Below are positions 55,470 through 64,000 of a stretch of DNA of 64,000 nt, in pieces. The number at the start of each line of letters is the position of its first letter. The first letter of the stretch is position 1. The DNA comes from Opitutaceae bacterium (lineage in GTDB: Bacteria; Verrucomicrobiota; Verrucomicrobiia; Opitutales; Coraliomargaritaceae). The notes below the pieces were generated by a model. It was not told where the DNA came from and searched no databases. It saw nothing but the letters and a program-made list of their open reading frames with translations. Location: positions 32,001-96,000 of the forward strand of contig JBPOFY010000009.1 in NCBI GenBank assembly GCA_051252375.1, in the 5' to 3' direction. The translations under genes were made by a program, and so were the position numbers.

Positions 55470-58106
55470 ATGAAATCCAAGCTGCTTCTCACACTCTTTG
55501 CCTTAACTGTGGCCTGCCTCTCTCCTGTGTTGCAGGCTTCCATCACAATCAATGGTGATACGCCATGGCTGGTCATGGAGGGGGACTTCGAACAACCTCC
55601 GATCAAGGAGGCGATCCGCGACGCGGAGCGCGACTGGTATAAAGTCTTCGGTATCCCTCCGGTGATTTTCAAGAACAGTATTCCCTCACATTGGAACGGT
55701 CCTGTCTTGATAGTCGGTTCAGTGGAGCATACTAAGAAGTTGGTCGACATTCAGGTGCCAGAAGGAGCCGAGCAGCATGCTGTTCGGCTTGCAGAGACTC
55801 GTAAAAATCCGGTCATCGCTGCAATCGGTCACGACACACGCGGCACGATCTATGCGATCTATACTTTCTGTGAAGAGGTGCTCGGTATCGACCCGATGTA
55901 TGTGTTCACCGATAATGTTCCCCAGCGACTCACCGAAACCACCTTCACAAAGGAGGATGAATATGTCTCCAAAAAACCGACCTTCGAAAACCGCGGTTGG
56001 TTTATCAACGATGAGGAGCTGCACGACGGCATGCATCGCGATCCGCTCGATGGTAACGTCATTTCAATGGAGTGGATGGACAAAATCCTCGAGTCGCTGC
56101 TACGCACCAAGGGCAACATGATTGCGCCCGAATCGGCCCCATACTCCGACGCGACAGTCTATGAACTCTGTAAGCGCCGCGACGTCATTATTACTTTTCA
56201 CCACATCCTGCCCCTAGGCTTGAACATGATGGATTGGCCAAAGGAAGTTCCGTTTTCGTATATCACACACAAAGACATTCTTGAAGATGCTTGGCGCAAG
56301 TCCGCGCTCGCGCTCGCAGACAAGAAAGTGGCTTGGACCGTAGGCTTCAGAGGGGAGTCCGATGGAGCTTTCTGGCACAGTGATCCGGCTGCGCCGGAAA
56401 GTGATGAAGAGCGCGCTGCGATTATCTCCGAAGCCATGCACAAGCAGGTAGAAATTATTCGCGAGATCGATCCAGATGCCACCATCGTCGCGGCTCTCTG
56501 GAATGAGTTGGGAGCTTTCTACAATGCAGGCATACTTGAAGTGCCTGAAGGCATTACCAAGATGTTTGCCGATGACGGACGCGCTTTCATGCGCGATAAG
56601 GGTGACGGTTCCGACCTTTCTCCAGGCGACGGTTTGTATAACCACGTCATGATGATGATGAACACACAGAACCGCACGACGGAAGCTGTTCCACCATCTC
56701 GAATCTACAGTGAGATGCGTCGCTATGTTGAGCGCGGAGCCACCAAGTATGCGATCATCAACGTGAGTGGCATCCGTCCTGCAGCGATGTCCGTCGAGGC
56801 GATCAACGATTTCATGTGGGACGCGGAGCCTTTCTTGAGCAAGTCACCCGCAGACGCGCAGCGCGAATACCTTGAAGATTGGTATGCCCAGAAGTTTTCT
56901 CCCGAACTCGCTTCCGATCTGGCTGATCTGCGTGAGTATTATTACAACATTCCTTACATGCGTGATGAGATGCCCGAACCACATCGCTGGCGTGGTTCGC
57001 GTGGTGAGCATTTGATTCAGTATCTTACCCAGGAGCTATTGAAGCAGTATCGTAAACCAATTCAGAAGGGGGAGGATCTCTCAAATTTTGGTCAATTCGC
57101 GGAGCACATGCGTCAGAGTAAGGGTCCCTTGGTGGAGACTGCCGAGTTTTTCCCAGGTCTTTGGCAGAAGACTAAAGAACTGGAAGCTCGCATGCCGGAA
57201 GACCGCAAAGACTACTACCAAGCGCACTTCACTTATCAAGTTGCGGTGCATCAATACTCCTGCCGAATGTTAAGCTATGTCGTGGCGGCTTTTGATCAGT
57301 ATATTCAAGATCGTGACCCTAAGGCATTTGCTCAGAACTTAAGACCCGCTCAGGCTGAGTTGGAAAAGGTGCTCGCCGAAGCTCATAAAGCGGAATACGG
57401 CAAATGGGATACGATGTTTATGCACGTTCGTTTGATGGATATGTGGCGCACGCGCTTGCTTCTGAAGGAAGTGATTGCTCACATTGAGGACACGCCCTAT
57501 ACAGATAGCTATCGTGGATACATGAGAGGCTCTTTCTGGGGGTCCGCGCAAAGCTACATGGATCAAGCCGAAGGCACGTATCCATATTTTTATAAACATA
57601 CCGGTAAGGGACTGGATGTTTTGGAGAGTGGTGAGCCACTGCCCAAAATTAGCCTAAAAGAAGCCTACAAACACAAAGTGTTACTCGCTGGTGGTCCGGT
57701 CGAGAAAACGGAGTTTGCCTCGGATGGACTTTATTCAGTGCTTCCTTATGGTTTTGATAATGGTGTCGAACTCTGGACAGATCGGGGCTATACTGTAAGT
57801 GGAGTGCCCGATGAGCTCAAAGGTGCGACCCTAATTCAGGTCCCGATGGAAGACCGAGCCAGCCAGGCCTCGAATCTCATACAGATTACCCTCAACAAAG
57901 ACTGCGCAGTATATCTTGGACTGAAGGATGAGATGCGTGTGATGCCCACATGGCTGTCGGATTGGACAAATACGAAAAGGCGTGTGGATGCCAGCAATAC
58001 CTTAGTGCTTTATAAGAAATTCTACAAAGCGGGGGATACTGTCGTGCTTGGATCGATCGTCGGTAGTGGAGTATCCGCTATGTATCCGGTGATCATTCAG
58101 GAGTAG
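55470..58106 (+). CDS. GH115-like glycoside hydrolase with an extra C-terminal domain
   Basis: RGTIYAIY...LGIDP, RGWFINDE, LLRTKGN, GFRG..D and FADD match GH115 patterns; signal peptide from MKSK at 55470. Confidence 0.75.
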   Translation: MKSKLLLTLFALTVACLSPVLQASITINGDTPWLVMEGDFEQPPIKEAIRDAERDWYKVFGIPPVIFKNSIPSHWNGPVLIVGSVEHTKKLVDIQVPEGAEQHAVRLAETRKNPVIAAIGHDTRGTIYAIYTFCEEVLGIDPMYVFTDNVPQRLTETTFTKEDEYVSKKPTFENRGWFINDEELHDGMHRDPLDGNVISMEWMDKILESLLRTKGNMIAPESAPYSDATVYELCKRRDVIITFHHILPLGLNMMDWPKEVPFSYITHKDILEDAWRKSALALADKKVAWTVGFRGESDGAFWHSDPAAPESDEERAAIISEAMHKQVEIIREIDPDATIVAALWNELGAFYNAGILEVPEGITKMFADDGRAFMRDKGDGSDLSPGDGLYNHVMMMMNTQNRTTEAVPPSRIYSEMRRYVERGATKYAIINVSGIRPAAMSVEAINDFMWDAEPFLSKSPADAQREYLEDWYAQKFSPELASDLADLREYYYNIPYMRDEMPEPHRWRGSRGEHLIQYLTQELLKQYRKPIQKGEDLSNFGQFAEHMRQSKGPLVETAEFFPGLWQKTKELEARMPEDRKDYYQAHFTYQVAVHQYSCRMLSYVVAAFDQYIQDRDPKAFAQNLRPAQAELEKVLAEAHKAEYGKWDTMFMHVRLMDMWRTRLLLKEVIAHIEDTPYTDSYRGYMRGSFWGSAQSYMDQAEGTYPYFYKHTGKGLDVLESGEPLPKISLKEAYKHKVLLAGGPVEKTEFASDGLYSVLPYGFDNGVELWTDRGYTVSGVPDELKGATLIQVPMEDRASQASNLIQITLNKDCAVYLGLKDEMRVMPTWLSDWTNTKRRVDASNTLVLYKKFYKAGDTVVLGSIVGSGVSAMYPVIIQE

Positions 58107-58161
58107 TAGCCGATTGGTTTTAAAGGTCTTTTTGTAATGTTTTACACTCGGATGAAATGTG

Positions 58162-58179
58162 TCGCGTAAACTCGCGATG
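58162..58179 (+). promoter_or_regulatory. TCGCG-N6-CGCGATG operator upstream of the pilin-like cassette
   Basis: TCGCGTAAACTCGCGATG in the 58107-58312 intergenic gap. Confidence 0.65.
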
Positions 58180-58312
58180 GAAAATGAATTGCTCGAAGGG
58201 TCTTAAAACATGAGTATTAAAATGGTATATATTTTTGCAGCGATTTGGTTTTGGAGGTAGTTTAAGCCGACTAGTTCCTTGCGCTCAAATCGCCATCCTA
58301 CCTTACTTTTTA

Positions 58313-61300
58313 ATGTATCTACCTACCCAGAATATTCCAAAGCCCCGCCGCAGCGCCCAAGGCTTTGCTCTGGTGATTGCGTTGGGTCTTATGGCTTTCG
58401 TGTTGCTGCTGTTGCTTTCGATGTCGACGCTTGTTCAGGTTGAGTCGCAAGGTTCAGATATTGCGCTTAAGCAGGTTGAAGCCGAGCAAGCAGCTTTATT
58501 GGGGCTCAATGTGGCGCTTGGTAAATTACAGGAAACCCTGGGAGTGGATCAGCGAGTGACGGCGAATGCGTCCATCCTTGGGGATAGCAATAATCCTTAT
58601 ACTAGTTCGGTCGCTCCGGTTGCAGGGCAAGGTGCCTGGATGGGGATATGGAAATCGAGCACGGTCGCGGCGACCGGTTCGCCAGACTACAATCCCGCGT
58701 TCCCAAATACACGAAATTTTGTCGGCTGGCTTGTTTCGGGCACCGATGGTTCTGGTAGTTTCCAACTGCCGGATACGTTGCTTTCAGTCGCCACTGATGT
58801 ATCGAGTTTTGATCCAAGCACTGGTCGTGAATTTGTTAGTTTGTATACCGACTCAGGTGGCGATCCTTATATGCAGGTTGAAAAAGTGCCCGTTGAGATC
58901 GGATCATCTCAAGGCGCTTATTTTGCGTTTTCAGTAGAAGATGAGTCGGCTAAGGTGGATTTGGCTTGGAACGAAATCTCATCAACACCTTCTTCAGGTG
59001 AACACCGCCAAGCTAGTCGTTTGGCGGCAGCGCCAGGACCGGATTACGGAGCGCTCAATGGTAGTGCGGGTAATGGACCTTTTACAGGTGCGGTGGTTAA
59101 TTATCCGCTGACGGTTGAGGACACTGGATCTTTTGTCGCCAGCGGAACAGCCAAACTAACCGATGTCAATGATCTGAGCGCTGCCATTAGTAGTGTCGAT
59201 TTAGACTGGTTGCGTGATCAGCGCTCCACAATGACTTGGGGCAGTAAGGGCTTACTGACCGATGTGAAGTATGGCGGTCTGCGCCGAGATTTAAGTTTGG
59301 CCTTTGAGATGGATGGGGAGGCTGAGTCCGAGGATGCCGTGATCTTTAACCAGCAGGACGGTGTTTTCGTTGGAGGCAGCGACCGCCTGACTGCCGGTCA
59401 AGTTGCTTCAGGCATGCCTATCGCTGCTCGCTACCCTTACCGCGATTTCCAGGGTTCAGGCACGACTTTTTCCAATGACATTGTGGAAGGACCTACGATT
59501 TCCAGTAGAACCGGCGGTGATTCGATTAATGTAACTCTTCGTGGACCGACTTGGTGGGCACTGCGCGACTATGCAAATCTCTATAAGCGCATATCCGGTT
59601 CTTCAGGAGATTATTCAATGGAATCTCGCGCCTATTTTCCAAATATCGACGAGGGTTCTCAGTTCAGTCGTAAGTTGGGTATCATCACGGGACGTGGATC
59701 CATTTGGGATCTTGAGGAAGACTATGATCGTCGGCAAACGGATACAGCAAGACCTTATATTTTCAGACCCGCCCGAGCAAACTACGCACCAGTTAGTTTG
59801 GGTTCCAGCACCTTGATTAGCCTCTCTGTTAGACCAGATGGAGCCTCTGGCATAAACAATTTGGCAGTGTGTGTGGACATGTTCTTCTATTTATGGAACC
59901 CATATAATAGGAAGATTACTTGTGACAGTCTGGTGGTTGCTATGGACGAGGGGATTCCCGGCAATATTGGCATATGGATCTCTGAAGTAGATGAGACTAC
60001 TGGTAATGTAACGTCTACGACTGGTTACCACAGAAATCTCTCGACCTTGCTCAATCAAAATTTGAGCAACACTTATGGGAATACCCGAGGAAAAATCCCC
60101 TTTTTGATTAAAGATGAGAATGGTGACTCGATTACACTAGAACCAGGTGAGATTGTTATTGCATCTCCAAGTGGGGTGACTGGAGAGGCTAATCTGGGGT
60201 TTAATATCAACTCTGATTCAGGTATCATCATGACAGATCTCGTTGGGAACAGCATTAGCCCAAGACCGGGGGTCACCTTTGATACTGGTCCAGTGCCTCC
60301 AATCAAGGACTCTGACATTATTGAATATGTGTATGTCAACGAAGGTCGTCTTGTAGATCATACGAATGCTATGAGGCATGAAGTGCAGCTCTTTTTGCCT
60401 CCCAACGGTCTTACTGCTGGCCAGTTAACTAGCGCTTCAAATTTCGGGGATGAGTTACAGCTCTTGCATTTCCCTTCTCACGGAGGGCTTGGAGAAAGTG
60501 GCTTTAATGAGTATCTTAGCCCAGAGGCAAATGGGCAGGCTCCATTAGGCGAGGTATCAGCTGCTGGCTTGCTCGGTGCTAAGCAATTCATTGGGGCATC
60601 CACTGCTTTGATGAAGCCGGCTGCTTGGCAGGGGAATAACCCCAACCCTGTGGAGGTTTTCTCTCAGTTTAATCCGAACCCAATGGCTACTGCCAGAGAC
60701 TTGAATCGCATTTGCATGCCAAACCAGGTCTATAATTTGCTGACTGACGCTGACCCTGGGAATCTGTTGAATAATTACGGCATCAGCTATTCAGGCAGTG
60801 TTCGAAATGCGTTCTGGGGGTTGAGTTATGACGATCTTGGCTCGACCCGTTTTCCAATGATCGACATTCCCTCAAGCCCGTTGATCTCTCTCGCATCCTT
60901 CGCCAATGCAAATATTTCTGTGATGGCTTCGGAACCCTTTCAAGCGATCGGTAATTCTTGGTCTCACCCGATGGTGCCTGTGAATTCAACCTTTGGTCCC
61001 GTTCATGATAAAGGGATATTTCAGCCGATGACTATGCATGATCTATCCTGGCAGATGAATGATGCTCTCTTCGACCGCTACTATTTCTCTGGGATTGCTC
61101 CGGCGTTTACCATTACTGGAACAGGATACTCTAGTAGTGGACCTTCAACCGCGCCATTGACGGCACCATTGCAACGTTTTTACGAGGTTAGCGGTTCGGA
61201 TTACAGAACCGCCAATGCAAATCCGATGCTCATTCCATATATTCCATCTGGTATGACTGCTCAGGATGTTGTTGATGATTTGGATGAGGAAGATGGTTAT

Positions 61301-62125
61301 TTGAAGACTGGCGCGTATAGTTTGGTGAATGGAGCTTTCAATGTGAACTCTACATCTGTGGAAGCATGGGCGGCATTATTGCGAGCAAATCGCGGCTTGG
61401 AGGTTCTATTTGCAGAGGGTAGTTCGGACTCATCTGGAGACACTCCATTTCCTGGAAGCACCATTCCCTCAGAAGATGGAAATGGAGCCAAACCTGACTG
61501 GTCGGGCTTTTCACGGCTGACGGATCCACAGGTTACTGATCTTGCCAACGCGATTGTTGATCAGGTGAAACTACGTGGACCATTTATGAGTTTGTCCGAC
61601 TTCGTTAATCGCCGAGTTGGAACGCCCGTTAATGATGGAACTCATTATTCCGGCGCACTGCAGGCAGCCATTGATGTGTCTGGAATCAATCAAGCAGTCC
61701 AATCGAGTGCAGGTGGCGTGGACCCAGTCTACAAGGATTCAACATTAAATTATTTCCAAGTTCCACAGCAGACTGGTGGTCGAACAACCGCATCCAGTAT
61801 TCCTGGCGAGATCAACCAGGCGGAGTTGCTGCTTCCTCTGGCGCCGCGATTGACTGCTCGCTCAGACACCTTTCGCATTCGTGCTTATGGTGAGGTTCGA
61901 TCCCCTGTTAGTCAGGAAATTGTCTCAACGGCCGTTTGCGAAGTTGTTGTCCAGCGCCTTCCAGAATACCTGGACTCTAAAACTGATGCCGACAATAACG
62001 AGCCTTGGGATGAGGCGACCGATCCGATTAGTCCAACCGCTTCAGCCCTTAACCTACTAAACCAGCAGTTTGGTCGACGTTTAAAAGTAGTCCAAATGCG
62101 CTGGTTGACCCCCGAGGAAATCTAA
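58313..62125 (+). CDS. Large PilX/GspK-like pilin-domain protein (Verru_Chthon cassette protein A-like)
   Basis: Prepilin-type RRSAQG|FALVIALGLMAFVLLLLLS without Glu5, ALGKLQ...G.DQRVTA, and C-terminal RGPFMSLSDFVNRR, ARSDTFRIRAYG, FGRR...RWL. Start MYLPT at 58313. Confidence 0.8.
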   Translation: MYLPTQNIPKPRRSAQGFALVIALGLMAFVLLLLLSMSTLVQVESQGSDIALKQVEAEQAALLGLNVALGKLQETLGVDQRVTANASILGDSNNPYTSSVAPVAGQGAWMGIWKSSTVAATGSPDYNPAFPNTRNFVGWLVSGTDGSGSFQLPDTLLSVATDVSSFDPSTGREFVSLYTDSGGDPYMQVEKVPVEIGSSQGAYFAFSVEDESAKVDLAWNEISSTPSSGEHRQASRLAAAPGPDYGALNGSAGNGPFTGAVVNYPLTVEDTGSFVASGTAKLTDVNDLSAAISSVDLDWLRDQRSTMTWGSKGLLTDVKYGGLRRDLSLAFEMDGEAESEDAVIFNQQDGVFVGGSDRLTAGQVASGMPIAARYPYRDFQGSGTTFSNDIVEGPTISSRTGGDSINVTLRGPTWWALRDYANLYKRISGSSGDYSMESRAYFPNIDEGSQFSRKLGIITGRGSIWDLEEDYDRRQTDTARPYIFRPARANYAPVSLGSSTLISLSVRPDGASGINNLAVCVDMFFYLWNPYNRKITCDSLVVAMDEGIPGNIGIWISEVDETTGNVTSTTGYHRNLSTLLNQNLSNTYGNTRGKIPFLIKDENGDSITLEPGEIVIASPSGVTGEANLGFNINSDSGIIMTDLVGNSISPRPGVTFDTGPVPPIKDSDIIEYVYVNEGRLVDHTNAMRHEVQLFLPPNGLTAGQLTSASNFGDELQLLHFPSHGGLGESGFNEYLSPEANGQAPLGEVSAAGLLGAKQFIGASTALMKPAAWQGNNPNPVEVFSQFNPNPMATARDLNRICMPNQVYNLLTDADPGNLLNNYGISYSGSVRNAFWGLSYDDLGSTRFPMIDIPSSPLISLASFANANISVMASEPFQAIGNSWSHPMVPVNSTFGPVHDKGIFQPMTMHDLSWQMNDALFDRYYFSGIAPAFTITGTGYSSSGPSTAPLTAPLQRFYEVSGSDYRTANANPMLIPYIPSGMTAQDVVDDLDEEDGYLKTGAYSLVNGAFNVNSTSVEAWAALLRANRGLEVLFAEGSSDSSGDTPFPGSTIPSEDGNGAKPDWSGFSRLTDPQVTDLANAIVDQVKLRGPFMSLSDFVNRRVGTPVNDGTHYSGALQAAIDVSGINQAVQSSAGGVDPVYKDSTLNYFQVPQQTGGRTTASSIPGEINQAELLLPLAPRLTARSDTFRIRAYGEVRSPVSQEIVSTAVCEVVVQRLPEYLDSKTDADNNEPWDEATDPISPTASALNLLNQQFGRRLKVVQMRWLTPEEI

Positions 62126-62151
62126 GCGATAACTGTAGCTGTATTATCTAT

Positions 62152-62883
62152 ATGAACAGAACGAATAGATTCATTTTCGGACTTGTCGTCGCCTTCTTAA
62201 CAGCCTTGTCGCCGTTGGTCGCTCAATCGAACGCTAAAGGCATAGCTTCGGCTTCATTCACCTGTGTTATTTGGGAGTCCTTAGGTCTGGATGAGATTTA
62301 TTATCTCGAAAAAGAAGATCATTACGAACCATTGAAATTCAGAAGAGGCACTCGATCGGCTCTCTTTCCTCTTAGCGCCCAGCAATCCTTAAAACTGTAT
62401 ACTCAACGAGAGGTCGAAGGAGAGCTCGTTTATGATCTCGTCGGAGAAGGCAAGTTGCCAAGCGGCACAAGCCAGATTCTTTTTTTGGTGAGTAAAAACG
62501 AAAAATCTTTCGGTTTGCCTCTTCAAATTCTTGGCATTGATGACTCGACCAATTCACTGCCTGCAGGCTCCTACAAAATTGTCAATTTTACGAATACTCA
62601 ATTGGAACTAAGGATCAACGAAACGACGGATCGTGTGAAGCCGAGGTCGATGAAAGTAGTTAAGCCCGAAATCCCCCAGAAGGGAGGTTTTTTGCCTTTT
62701 TATCTCGGAGACAGAAACGATGGAGTCCTCTACGAGACTCGGCTCTATTGCCAGAAGAATGGACGGGAGATGGTGTTTGTATTTCCTTCATCAGGTAACC
62801 GGTCTATATCGGTAAAATTTCTCTCTCAACTAGTAGGTAAGCAAACCGAAGAAAAAGGAATAGGGTCGGGTCGAGTAAACTAA
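62152..62883 (+). CDS. Secreted hypothetical protein (paralog of the next gene)
   Basis: Signal peptide; shares CVIWE, GLPLQI.G.DDS, GGFLP and ETRL with 62883-63590. Confidence 0.8.
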   Translation: MNRTNRFIFGLVVAFLTALSPLVAQSNAKGIASASFTCVIWESLGLDEIYYLEKEDHYEPLKFRRGTRSALFPLSAQQSLKLYTQREVEGELVYDLVGEGKLPSGTSQILFLVSKNEKSFGLPLQILGIDDSTNSLPAGSYKIVNFTNTQLELRINETTDRVKPRSMKVVKPEIPQKGGFLPFYLGDRNDGVLYETRLYCQKNGREMVFVFPSSGNRSISVKFLSQLVGKQTEEKGIGSGRVN

Positions 62884-63590
62884 TGAAAACTAGGCTACCA
62901 GTAATACTATTTGCTGTTCTTGGTCTTGTTTCCGTGGCTTCTGTTCTATCTGCACGGGCTTCTCAAAGTGAACATCAGAATGCTATCGAGTTTTCCTGTG
63001 TTATCTGGGAGCCATTAAGCCTTCCACAACTTTTTTATCGGCAGGGTGCGGAGTTTTATCCACTTGAATTAGCTCCCGGGCGTCGCTCGTCAATAAACGC
63101 TCTCAAGGATACCTCTGCATTGGAACTGCATATCAGGAGGGAGACTTTCGGCGGTCAGTCGGATTACGAACTGGTCGGATTAGCCCCATGCCTAGATGGC
63201 AGCGAGAGAATGCTGTTTTTGATCGAAGAAGTTGAAGATGCGCACGGACTTCCTCTCCAAATAAGAGGGCTCGACGATTCATTGAAAGCGTTTCCGCCCG
63301 GAGCATTTCGTTTCGTCAATGAAACGCCGGATTTATTGACGATTGTATTTGGCGAAGCTTCTATATCGTTGGCCGCTGATTCAGTTGAAGTCGTGAACTC
63401 AGGTGTCGACCCATCAGGTGGGTTTTTGCCGATTTTAATCAAGGACGATCAAGAGAATGTTATTTCGGAAACGCGCCTCTTTAGCCAAGCGAGTGCACGG
63501 CAAATAGTATTCATTCACCCGCCAAAGAAAATAGGTGGTAGGTTGAGTATGGTTTTCCTGTCGGAGTTGTTACCATCTTCGAGCAGGTGA
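62883..63590 (+). CDS. Secreted hypothetical protein (paralog of the previous gene)
   Basis: TAATG coupling to the previous gene; signal peptide; same motifs. Confidence 0.8.
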   Translation: MKTRLPVILFAVLGLVSVASVLSARASQSEHQNAIEFSCVIWEPLSLPQLFYRQGAEFYPLELAPGRRSSINALKDTSALELHIRRETFGGQSDYELVGLAPCLDGSERMLFLIEEVEDAHGLPLQIRGLDDSLKAFPPGAFRFVNETPDLLTIVFGEASISLAADSVEVVNSGVDPSGGFLPILIKDDQENVISETRLFSQASARQIVFIHPPKKIGGRLSMVFLSELLPSSSR

Positions 63591-63727
63591 ATGACTGCTC
63601 CCCATCTCATGCGTCTGAGTTACTTCACCTAGGTAGGGTCTAGCTAGAATGATCAGCGTAATGTTAATGGCGCACGAGTCGACACCCTCCACTACTAAGG
63701 TCAAAAAAATGCGATCTTCGGAATTTT

Positions 63728-63771
63728 TCGCGCAATCACGCGATGCAAGCATTGGTGTTTCGTGCTAAAAT
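63728..63771 (+). promoter_or_regulatory. TCGCG-N6-CGCGATG operator plus extended -10 (TGcTAAAAT)
   Basis: Palindrome at 63728-63743, with TAAAAT beginning 22 nt after it, just upstream of ATG 63792. Confidence 0.7.
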
Positions 63772-63791
63772 ACGAATGAACTTTTACTATT

Positions 63792-64000
63792 ATGAAAATC
63801 ATACTCCGAAAAACGATACTATCGATTAGCTTGTTGGCATTTGTCTTGAGTGCTCCACTTGCTCAAGCATTGAAGGTGAACAGCAGGGGGCCGCTCCTCA
63901 ATGACCCCGCTAGAGAGCAGGAATTCATGGACTGGGGTCTCGGTATGTTCGTCCACTGGTCGCACGACTCGCAACTTGGCTCAGTCATCAGCCACTCCAT
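63792..64000 (+). CDS. 5' part of a GH29 alpha-L-fucosidase (runs off the window; not in the ORF track)
   Basis: MKIILRKTILSISLLAFVLSAPLAQA signal peptide, then REQEFMDWGLGMFVHWSHDSQLG, matching the GH29 N-terminal GMFIHW motif. Confidence 0.8.
   Translation, partial: MKIILRKTILSISLLAFVLSAPLAQALKVNSRGPLLNDPAREQEFMDWGLGMFVHWSHDSQLGSVISHS

Overview
Chromosomal window (roughly 50-55% GC by eye) from a marine-type Verrucomicrobium of class Opitutia, probably Coraliomargarita/Lentimonas-like; this is inferred from gene content (many sulfatases, DUF1080 proteins, discoidin-domain histidine kinase, Verru_Chthon-like pilin protein). In order it holds: a HAD hydrolase; an Mla/Mce-type ABC operon; tRNA-His with a split duplicate of its 3' end; a ~17.5 kb minus-strand glycan-degradation locus (GH78, GH95, metallopeptidase, GH2, MFS permease, 3-keto-glycoside pathway genes, sulfatases, and a low-GC lipoprotein gene with a degenerate attC-like site); metF/metX/metW; xylB/xylA/XylR-like regulator; engB; a lytic transglycosylase; an HI0933 flavoprotein; a sulfatase; unknown secreted proteins; an ECF sigma / anti-sigma-vWA / 2310-aa membrane protein operon; a discoidin-domain two-component system; a GH115-like gene; a large PilX-like pilin with two paralogous partners; and the start of a GH29 fucosidase. 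Four distinct REP/REPIN families lie in intergenic gaps. No integrase, transposase, cas gene or rRNA was seen. Two candidates for undescribed systems stand out. (1) The ECF operon, whose anti-sigma-vWA protein appears to carry a type IV pilin-like helix and secretin-like segments. (2) A putative glycan-sensing regulon marked by three copies of TCGCG-N6-CGCGATG, linking glycoside hydrolases to a pilin-like cassette with a compositionally distinct centre. All protein calls come from motif recognition by eye, not from database searches.
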